64,000 nt of DNA, taken from contig CM022679.1 in the NCBI GenBank assembly GCA_012295275.1, positions 17,918,001 through 17,982,000 of the forward strand. Reading direction: 5' to 3'. The DNA comes from Chrysomallon squamiferum. Lineage: Eukaryota > Animalia > Mollusca. Under the pieces are notes generated by a model. The model was not told the DNA's origin and did no database searches. It saw nothing but the letters and a program-made list of their open reading frames with translations. Both the position numbers and the translations under genes were made by a program. Shown one piece after another: positions 53,343 through 64,000 of this stretch (position 1 is the first letter of the stretch; each line of letters opens with the position of its first letter).

Positions 53343-55599
53343 AACATATCATCATAAACATTCTAACTGTTGACTGGCTTACTATTTACTTTATTCCATA
53401 TTCTTTCATGTATAGGTGTATATAAAGCTCAGTGGCATTTGATTTAACATATACTTGTGAAAGATTATTAGTTTACTTAGAAGGATTTCTTGCAGTTTGT
53501 CAGGCAGTTTTATTTCATGGTATTAGGTCCATTTTGATTATAGGAATTTTGTTTAAAAGACAGTGCAATTAATTTATTCTGATCTGTAAACTGAGTAACA
53601 CAGGGAGAAAATGGTAACAACATTATTGCAGTTGATTAGAAGAAATAAATAATTTGGAAGTATAAAAAATATTGAAGCCTCTATTAATTTATGTAATCAT
53701 TACAACTATAAATGTCATGAATAGAATGACATCCATGTTATTCATGGCTAAATTACACTTCATTGTTTTCAAAAATTTATCATGAAAAACAACAACAAAT
53801 AAACAATAATTTTCTAAAATGTATTTAGCCTTTTGTTCATACCACTACTGGTACACTTTAAATACATTTTAAGTTAAATCAAAGAAATCTGAAACAGTAA
53901 GTTCATTTAAATAATCTTTCTTAAGCTTATGTTGTTTCAGAATTATAATATCATCAGTGATAATTCTGATGGTTGAAAACTAAATATTATGTTGTTGTTT
54001 TTTCATTGATATTATTGTTATTGCTTACTTTGCACTCCAAAATATAAATTTAATGATTTTATAAAGTTTGGTTGCATGCAGTATGCATCCAGACAGTTAC
54101 TTTATTCAGTTCAGAATTCTATCTGTTTCTAATCAATTAGCTTGTTAAATGATTAATGAAATATGTGTAGTGCAATGGCTTAAGCAGTGTGACGATGTCT
54201 AGGTAGAATGACAGATATGTGCCTTCCCAGAACCTGGCAAGAAGGGGGAAAATATTTCTGCAAATTTGTTCCAAATCATTTAGTAATTATTCTTTACGGA
54301 TTTTTAAATTCAGCTGTGTGATAAATATCTAGATTCTCACAATATACCAAAATTTAACCATTTTCCTTTGAGTAGTCACATTATTTAATAACTCTTATTG
54401 TTGTTTACTTGTATCACATCTTGATTATGTTTTATTTGATCAATTATTTAACAGTAAGAAACAATTACTTAAATTTGTTATAGTTATTTCCTTTATCTGT
54501 TTTTAATTAGTAGATGCACACACACACAATGGTAATTAAAAAGAATTTCTAAGACATGTATTTTCACACAGATGTTTTTGCTTGCATATTTACATGTTCA
54601 AAACATGCTATGCATCTTTCTTTTTTTTTATATATATATCAAATATATGACAGTATTCTATTAAATTTTAGAAAGCTAGTCATTAAACTGCTACAATTTG
54701 TACATTAATCTCATAGTCAGTTTTTGTATATTTTACTTTAAAAAATTAAACTTTCTTTATTTTGAGGTTTGGTTTTGCAATTAAATTTGAAGATACTGAA
54801 GCATTATGTACAACTGATACTGAGATTTACTGCTATAACCAGTGTTATTTTAAAATCTATTGAAAGACTTTTGTTCTGGTATTAAATTAAGTGACCAGAA
54901 TGTGTTTTCTTTAAAGTGGTTTATTATATTTTCATATCATTGTTACAAGTGTGTATTTTATTTTTTCGTACATACTTATGATACTATAATTAAATAAAAA
55001 TAAGGTTTATATCTATACTGTTGTTTTTATTTATAAGCAAATAAGAAGGGCAAACTGTTTTGGGCAAAAGTTCCAAGATAAAATTAGTTTCTTTACAGAG
55101 AAGAAAAAAAATCATTTGACACAATAAATAAACTAAAATAATTTATGGTTAGAATTAAGTTTATTTCAGCAACAGTGAAATCATTTGCCGTTTCCTGATG
55201 CAAGGAGATATGAAGGGAGGTAACTCTGACACTAAGAGAAACTCCAAAGCAATATTGACCATTAAAACAAAATAACAGTAATAAAATAGATAATTGCTAC
55301 ATTGAAATGTATACCATCTTGTTACAAATATATAATCAAAAGCAACTGCAAAAATCAAATATTCATTTATAAAAACAAAATGCTTTTCAGGAGATATTTT
55401 GGTGAAAAAAAATAGAACTCTGCCATAATTTTAAAACAAACATTTATGGCAAATATAATAAAATCTGTGTCCTAAAATTTGCATTGATCTTCATAAGATG
55501 TTTGCTTACTATACAAATTATTTTCATCAATTTGATACCCAAATCGGTGTGCTTAATGCAACTTTGATTGTGACTAATAAAATAAATATTGCTTAAATG

Positions 55600-56500
55600 T
55601 ATAAGCCTACATAACAACAAATAACTAGTGGCTCTTACACCAGAATGCTCTGTGACACAATCTTCCCATAGGTTTTGGTGAAATAATGTTTTCTGAATGG
55701 TCTTAATGTTATTCCTTTTTTGACAAAACTGGATCCAAGCAACACACCAATGAATTTAAAACCAGTCTTTTGTTTATTAACTTGTTCTAATCAGGTCCCC
55801 ACTCAAAAAATACGGTCTGCTGTTACATCTAACAAGTTTAGAACAGAATGGATGTGAGCATTTCTTCATGTGCCAATGCCAGGCCCTACTATGAAAATAG
55901 TCATTAGGAAACAAGGTATGAATTGGCTGTAGTATTAATCAAAATAAAGAACATAACCAAACTGAGCAGGTAAATTTGGTCAGAATCATCTGCTTGAGGC
56001 TAGGGATGGCTATAAATTTGCTTCAGATAGTGATGAACTTTGTAAATAGTGGATAGTCATCAGATAAACCAAATAAAATGCTATTGACTTTCTGTGAATA
56101 AAATCAGTGGAACAAAAGACTAGATGTCATTATAGATCTTTTGATAAAGTTAAATCTAGCACTCGTTTATTTGGCATTTTTTTGTTTTTGTGGACATGCA
56201 GTCTGAAATATAGGGTAGAATGAATGCAACTAGATGGAAGATCACATCAAACCATATTTTGTGCATTAGCTAAAGCATATTATTCTGAAACAATTCTTGA
56301 AAATCTTCAAAATGTGTGCAAGCGGTGCCACTGTCACTTTACAGAACCAGTTCTATGGTTATAACCAAGTTATATTCACATTCTCATGAACCTTAAGTTG
56401 ATGTTGTGTCTACCTGGCACTGAAAGGGAATGAGCAATAGGAGATTTAGACATCAACAACAGCGTATTTATTTATTCATAGGTGAATCCATATTTAATCT
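55600..56500 (-). mobile_element. Possible highly decayed LINE reverse transcriptase remnant
   Basis: Faint minus-strand motif traces only (KFIGVLL, YGF and a DD-containing segment in the order expected for an RT). Confidence 0.3.
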
Positions 56501-57343
56501 CAGCTATGCTGATGGGCAGATGCTGGTAGGACAACGACATAAAGAGGTTGTAGTATGATGATATGATGTTGAATCAGCATGCAAGATAGGACAAATCTCC
56601 ATATCTTCTTAGGGTATTGCAACACCCAAATATAAAGAAATTAAATCCTTTGCAGAAATAAAATGTTGCAACAAAGATGGTCATTTATTCAGTTGCTGGA
56701 TACACATGGTGGCAACAACTATTACTGACATTTTGTACTATATAACCAGAAATTCTTTGGTACAGCTTGCATAGTAAGTGGTGGTTAATGAAAATATAGG
56801 GTTTTTTTTCAAATTAGTGTTCACAATATAGCATGACTGAACAGAATTTGCATATTTTAACTGCTATAAGTTTAATGACACTTGACTTAGCACTGATTTT
56901 CTATGGCTATCATTTCTAAATACATGTTGCAGAAATACATTATGCCTGTGACTGAATGCAGGTTTAAAATGTGTCGTCCCCAAAGTCTTTCCAATTATTC
57001 ATTAAAGGTGTCCAGTTTCAAGTCATAATATAGAACTTTAGAAGACAGGCGTTCTTTAATTATTATCAAATATGGCAATTTGCTACGATATTTCACACAG
57101 CAGAATGTCCAAGATAGTGCAGCATCTTAATATACTCTTCCTCCCAACCGTTGGGTACCCAGATGTCATTTGTCTTTTTATAACTAGTCCAAACTGGTAT
57201 GCTCCTATTTTATTTGTGATAATTTGGGGCAGATATATACCGATTTACTAGCAATGCTAACGGTCGCCAGGATCACTCGCTACCTCCCCCCCCACAAAAT
57301 GTTGCACTAATTTATTATATATTTTAAAGCACAATGGTATCAA

Positions 57344-60300
57344 TAGTCCGGTTGCCAAACCCCAGATTTTTGGAGAACCTTGCAATACAGTCCGTACAAA
57401 GTCTTTTTGCTGTTTCTATACCTCCGAGATGTGCTCTTTAAGAATCTGAAGACGCCACTCTGTCATCCTTGGGCTATCCGCACAATATGCAAATTAAGGC
57501 CGCCATTACTAACTTCTTGTTTTCGTCAATATCTCAGTAACTATGCATGGTATCAAAATAATGTTGGTGTCTATCCCCATGTTTTGAGGGGTAAAGATTC
57601 AGATTAAGCCATTTCAGTCAAGATCACACCAATATTTTGTGCTGAATAGGCATATTAAGGCCGCCATTACAGAAAATCTCGTTTTCGTCAATATCTCAGT
57701 AACTACACATGGTATCAAAATAATTTTGGTGTCTATACACATGTTTTTAGGGGTAAAGAATCAGATTAAACCATTACATTATTGATCACACCAATATTTT
57801 CTGCAAAATATGCAAATAAGGACCGACATTATTGATAATATCAGTAATAGCGGCCTGGTAAAAGCAGGCACTTCTCTGTTATTGAAACGCCTGGTTCTGC
57901 CAGAGTGGCTCACATATATCTTCTCTTCCAGGTAGAGCTGAAAGATGGAAGGGTGCTGCATCTTTTGTAAAGAAGATGGAAGCAAGAAGGAACTTAGCGT
58001 CGCAGGGACTGACAGGATACAGACTATCATTGAATCAAGTAAACGGAGATTTGATTATCTGCATGAAGATCTTGAAACTAGACTGTTGGCAGACAAAGAT
58101 TTAGAGGTGCTTTGTCATAGAGATTGTGTATCCACATATACATCCAAATCTCACTTCAAGAGACACTTGAATAAACTGAGCGCATCAAAAGGTTCTGAAC
58201 AGTCATCTGCAGGAAAACGTCTGCGTCGGTCCGGATCGACAACATTCAACTTCAGGCAACATTGCCTTTTCTGCGGTGAGGAATGCCTTGTCATTGATCT
58301 TAAGCATCCGTATCGTTGGCGCAGGGTTGTTCTTTGTAAGACAGCGGACCGTGGTGAGGGGAGAAAGACTTTTAAGGAAACCCTTGTAGATGTCTGTAGA
58401 GCTCGTCACGACGACTGGGGACGCGAGGTAGAGATACGTTTGGCTGGGGCAGTGAGTGATCTGCATGCAGCAGATTGTACATACTGTTACAAGAAATTTT
58501 GTTCACCTCGGTCAGTGAAGTCAGCTTCAGCAGCATCTAGTAGTAGCCAAGAGGAGGTGGATGTGGCTTTTGAAACGACAGTCAGTGCAGTGAGAGCAGA
58601 ATCATCGCGAGTGTGGAATTCCATCGAATTATACGACCTATACCAGTACAATGGTGGAAGAGACATTAGCCGCCGAACCTTAGTCTCCAAGTTGTTAGAA
58701 TACTTTGGTTCGGATCTTCTTGTGCTGAGTGGCACAGGTGTTGCTAGTCTGCTCGTGTTTCGAAGTTTGCTGAGACTAGTGCCGAGCAGTGATGAAGATG
58801 ATGTTGAGATTGGACTGGAAAAGGTTGCTCACCAGATTATCCATGATGTAAAGGAATCATGGGTTGATGAAAAGAACTATCATGCCAGAGCTGATATGGA
58901 CATTGCCCTTGACTGTGTCAGATCCACATTGTTATCCTTGCTATCAAAGCTTTCTACAAAGTTGGATCACACCTTACCAGACGCTCTCATCGGAAACATT
59001 GTTACTAATGCATTGTTACTAATAATCATACAGTAGATGGTTAAGGCAGCTGAAAGTGGCGTGAAAAGAATCAACATCGTATGTGAGGACACAGACGTTT
59101 TCGTCCTCCTACTGCACTTCTACACAAAGTTGAACCTGACCTGTCGTCTTACAGTGGAAGGACCAAGTGCTGAACGAACTACTATAGACATTGGGGCAAC
59201 AGCAAATGAACATGGACACTTGCTTTCACAACTGCCAGCCGCCCATGCCCTCTCAGGCTGTGACACTGTGGCTCAGTGCTTCGGAGTAGGAAAAAGCACC
59301 GTCATCAAGGTCCTTAAGAGTGGTGTAGAACTGCTCAAATTGGGCGTATTATCTGAGGACATAGGTGACATCAGTGAAGAAGCGACAACATTCATGGCTG
59401 CCTGCTACGGGGTCAAAAGCTTGGTGACATCGAACATGTCTGAGGTCCGTGGAGAAGTCTGGTCGCGAAGGATGGGTAGAAAAAATTTGACAAAGGCTCC
59501 AGATCTTAAGTCACTTCCACCTTCTAAAGAGGCATTCGAAGAGAACGTAAAGCGGGCGCACATTCAGACTGCCATTTGGAAATCAGCTCTCAACTCAGAA
59601 CCTCCAGCATTAGATCCTGTCGAGTTCGGATGGGAACGTGACGAACGCAATAGATGCTTGATCCCAGTAACATTGCAACCAAATATTAGTGTTGCTCCAC
59701 CGGAGGTGCTGGAAATGATAAGGTGTGGTTGTGCTACGGATACACCCTGTTCGACAGCAATGTGTGGATGCTATACAGCTCACTTGCCATGCACAATGTT
59801 TTGTGGATGTCACGGAGAAGCACACTGCCGGAATGAGCACACCCGACGGGTTGATGACTATGACAATGTTGTTGAAAGTGACTTGTTTGAGGACCGAGTC
59901 AAATCAGTAATGGCAACATGCATCAGCATAAGAAAAGGGGATGTTCTGTAACGACTCGGATATACACTGAAGTTGATTTTTGCATATTTTGCAGAAAATA
60001 TTGGTGTGATCAATAATGTAATGGTTTAATCTGATTCTTTACCCCTGAAAACGTGTATAGACACCAAAATTATTTTGATACCATGTGTAGTTACTGAGAT
60101 ATTGACGAAAACGAGATTTTCTGTAATGGCGGCCTTAATATGCCTATTCAGCACAAAATATTGGTGTGATCTTGACTGAAATGGCTTAATCTGAATCTTT
60201 ACCCCTCAAAACACGGGGATAGACACCAAAATTATTTTGATACCATGCATAGTTACTGAGATATTTACGAAAACAAGATTTTACGTAATGGCGGCCTTAA

Positions 60301-60446
60301 TTTGCATATTGTGCGGATTGCCAAGGATGACAGAATGGCATCATTCAGATTCTTAAAGAGCACATCTCTGAGGTATAGAAACAGCAAAAAAAAAAAAACT
60401 TTGTACGGACCGCAATGCACGCTTATCGGTGCCTGCCACCGGACTA
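57344..60446 (+). mobile_element. Academ (AcademX-type) DNA transposon, internally deleted derivative
   Basis: Termini TAGTCCGGT...ACCGGACTA; ~470-bp TIRs (57344-57816 / 59979-60446) with ~160-bp internal subrepeats; flanks CAA/TAA (3-bp TSD, one mismatch). The coding region has XPG/FEN1-like motifs (CEDTDVFVLL, HALSGCDT...GVGK) and a C-terminal Cys cluster, the AcademX architecture. Confidence 0.85.
57945..59951 (+). pseudogene. Academ-encoded protein: N-terminal region (57945-59036) in frame with the XPG-nuclease/Cys-cluster C-terminus (59037-59951); central transposase missing
   Basis: Two abutting ORFs in the same frame separated only by TAG at 59034-59036. Motifs: CHRDCVSTYTS, CLFCG, DLHAAD, EDTDV, SGCDT, LPPSKEAFEENVKRAHIQTAIWK, CGC...CGC...CTMFCGC...CRN. 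Confidence 0.8.
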
Positions 60447-61116
60447 TAAGTATCAGATTATTTTGTATGGGGAAATTCTTAAAAAGACGTAATTGAAAAT
60501 CCGAAAATAACGTGAAACCGGGAAATAATTAAAAATGGCAACTGAATATCATAAAAAAATCATAAAAAATGAAAATGTTGATTACACTGAATAGATTTAT
60601 TTAAACAGAGAATTTACACCTATTTTCTTTCACATTGTGCCTTGTATTTTGCAAATAACCCCCGTATTTATTGCCTAACAGCCATGTGAAATGAAGCGGT
60701 AGTACCCGATTCGTGAAAAATACCATCTCGAGAACGACAACTCTTATATATAATATAGTTATCTGCAGAAGTAAAGATTGAAAAATTACCTATTCATCTC
60801 ACAATCATTTATCAGTTGAAACGGGCCTAAAACAATATTTAACTCAGAAAGTCTAACGAGAACATTTTATTGAACAACTAATGCAAATTTGATATCTCTT
60901 GAAATAAGTTTTTGGTGACTGAAGGCTGACTTATTATTATTATTATTATTTTTAAGCGTCAAAATATTGATATCCGGAAAGTGTATTTTTTAAAAACTTT
61001 GAAATGTGATATCTTTTATAGAATTTAGATATCTACAAAAAGGTTTTTCTTTTTTATATTATTTTTTTTTTTTTTTTAAAATGGGGTTGATTTTCTTTTA
61101 CTAATAAATCTTCATT

Positions 61117-61158
<42 letters not shown>

Positions 61159-61489
61159 TAAAAATAAATAAATAAAGAGTGAGCATTGCTAGATTTACAA
61201 TAAACTAAAATCTCTCATTTCGATTATTATTAATATTAAGACCGTAATCAATTTATTTTAATTTATGACTTATAGAATTTTGTGAATTATATATATTAAA
61301 ATCTATATGTATTAGTACTATTGTATTTCTGTTAGACTATCTGTTATATATTATTTTAAATTTAAATAAAAATTCGGCAAGTTTGTTATAATAATCAGTA
61401 AAAATGCATCTGCTGGATCGCAAATCGCGTTGTAAGAAGCGAGAAAATGCGAGAGTTCTTTTTTTTAACCAAGATATTTAGCATTCAAT

Positions 61490-61951
61490 ATGGCGGCACA
61501 GACGTCGACAGTAAAATTTAGTGATATATACGAATTAAAAGAGGAATTAGGAAAGTAAGTACGGGAAGTTGGCAGTTTTAGGCTTTTGTTTTATGACAAA
61601 TATCCAATATACACGCCGAGTGGAACCTGATTTAACATCAGCAAGAAATTCGGTTATGGATATGTCTGTTCCGCGGAAACGAGACTAAGACTGTCAACGC
61701 GACTGAAAGTGATACCGATATTAATGATACCGTTTTCTTCCATCCTTTTTGTATTAAATAAATTATCCTATTTATCGTTTAAATTTTAATCGTTAAACTT
61801 TCTTTAGTTTTAGTATAAATTTGTATGAATTGAACATTTATTTTGTTTATCTTCAGAGGAGCATTTTCCATAGTACGGAGATGTGTACAGAAAGCTACAG
61901 GATTGGAATTTGCTGCTAAAATAATTAACACAAAGAAATTATCAGCAAGAG
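61490..61951 (+). CDS. CAMK2: Calcium/calmodulin-dependent protein kinase II, exons 1-2; the gene continues beyond the window
   Basis: Exon 1 61490-61554 ([22 protein letters not shown], then gtaagt) and exon 2 61857-61951 ([31 protein letters not shown], then gtaagg). This is the canonical CaMKII N-lobe sequence and the phases match. Confidence 0.95.
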
Positions 61952-64000
61952 GTAAGGCTTTCAAAAATACATTAACACTTGTCAGTTTATTAAGTTTGTG
62001 GTATTTTTATGATGAGTAATATTATAGATATTTGAAACATCAGTTTTTAAATATTTTTGTTTTAGTTTTGGTTTTCACATTAAATGATTTGTTCATCATC
62101 TTTATTTCGGTTCATCTAGTAGATTTCAGAAATGACATCCATATGTCAGATCCAAAACAAATCAGTCTAACTAGGTTCAGTTTTAGATCAGGTTTAACAG
62201 CAGATCATATAGACAGGTTTTTCCATTGCAAAAAATATTTTTAGTGTTCCAACCAGTGCCTTCAAGCAGCATTAGCATTAGAAGCATGTACAAAAATAAT
62301 GGATAACTCATGGAATTACGGTAACAGATGGCATGCCAATCATAATTGTGTAAAACTGATATTATCAACATATGATTAACATTAAGCAAATTGTTAAATA
62401 TTTATCAAGTGAAATCCATATAAAACAGACAGAATTATCAGTCCTAATTATATGTGGCTCCTCAGTGAAAAATTGATGATAATTTAACCAATAAATTATT
62501 ATGTTTTGTTATTATTATTCATTTTTCATTTATTTTATTATTTTTATTTATTTACAGGGGTTAATTTCTTAATAAGTACAAATAACTCCATTCTAAAATA
62601 ATAATTTAGCAAACAATATTTTTTGAAAGATTTTATCTAAACAACATTTACTAAAACAAACATAAATATATAATATAAAGTGGCATGAGTGATACTTGTT
62701 TCCTATTCAAACCAGATCACAGTCATGCTATTTATCTGGAGTAAGGTGTATATCAAAGATTCCTTTCTGCTAATCAGAATAGCCCAAGGTTTTTTTCTAA
62801 TTAATGTTCATTATCTGGATATACACTTCTCCATTTTATTAAATCGTTTAATCACAAATAAAAATAAGATTATAAAGAGTGTATCAATTATCATTCTTAT
62901 AAATCAAAAAGAATTAAAATGTAATTTTTGGTCAGTATAGTAGATACTTCAGAAAAGGTTTGCAAATGTATGCAATCAGATTTGAACGTTTTTTCTTCTC
63001 ATTTTTTCAGAAACAAAGATAAAGTTATAAAATGATCAAATAACTGATGTTTCAGATCTAATAGTAAAGAAAATAAGTTACGTGAAATTATCTCTGCGTT
63101 CTTACATTATACACACATACAAATATTACTCAGTTTCAATAGTTTCACACAAACATGTATACATAAATACATATGTTTGTGAAATACTTGCCCTTATATA
63201 CTAAACATCACTGTACATCTAAGTTACCTTAATGTTTTTCAATGTCACTTTTTTCCTTTTGTCCAATGATCATCACATGATCACATTTTCAACTGGCTAG
63301 CAGACTTCGATTATTTCTGTTGAATTATATTTATTAATAAATCATTGGTGAAATACAAAACATTTTATTTTTGATTTACCTCTGTAGCGCAAGAGGCTGA
63401 ATAAATAAATTATAAACATGTTAAAAATAATGCTCCTGATTTTTCCAGTTTAATTTCTTTTAGTTAACAGGAAGATGGTGTAAAGATCATTAACAGGCCT
63501 TCTTTGCTTTCCCTGCAAGCCTCACTGAAAATGTTTAATGAAAACAAACATGATTCTTCTCATACTATTCTGTTAATAATTTAATTGATACAGATTTTGT
63601 GTCTATGATCCAGTATTGCAGAGACAGATATTTATCACTAGCTGGTCACCTGGAAGGAGATCATGAGACAAACTTTATGAATAGCTGCACAGATGTTTTA
63701 TTGCTGTAATAAGAGAGTGACAAGAAGCACAGTACTTAAATTAACTGATATGGACATGGTAAATGTCTACAAATAATTATGTGGACAGTATAGATTACAA
63801 TTTATAAAACTATGCAAGTAGGAGTCCGAGACAAATGTGTTAAGCTGCAAGTAATTGTAAATAAACATCAGAATACAACTGAATAAAAAGTGAATGGATT
63901 GATGAGGATTTCTCAGGATGGACCATTTTATGTTAAGTTTTTATTTTATTGTATTTTAAATATTTTTATTTATTTTATGAAAAAAATAATACTTGTCTAT

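Noticed and set aside
57497-57816. Regularly spaced ~160-bp repeats that might suggest an array or CRISPR
   Set aside because: They are subrepeats within the Academ TIR, with no unique spacers, in a eukaryotic context.

Overview
AT-rich animal genomic DNA with spliceosomal introns; the style suggests an invertebrate, possibly a mollusc or other lophotrochozoan, but the taxon is inferred only. Four host genes were rebuilt exon by exon with consistent splice phases: MCU (minus strand, 7 exons, 334 aa, with an apparent GC-AG intron), a CDP-diacylglycerol synthase head-to-head with MCU (plus, 11 exons, 444 aa), an SLC43A3-like transporter (plus, 10 coding exons, 529 aa) and the first two exons of CaMKII. 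The non-coding DNA holds many DNA transposons. The most unusual structure is in MCU intron 2: an old inverted-repeat element holds a Sola2-like element (ATTT TSD), which in turn holds a CpG-eroded ~0.9 kb copy of MCU's own upstream region and a second, inverted Sola2-like copy (ATTA TSD). Also notable are a young-looking, internally deleted Academ (XPG + Cys-cluster) element about 1 kb upstream of CaMKII, whose two ORFs are one frame broken by a single TAG, and a hAT element with an apparent 6-bp TSD. I found no rRNA, tRNA or CRISPR. I cannot claim a new biological system; the findings are candidates to check.
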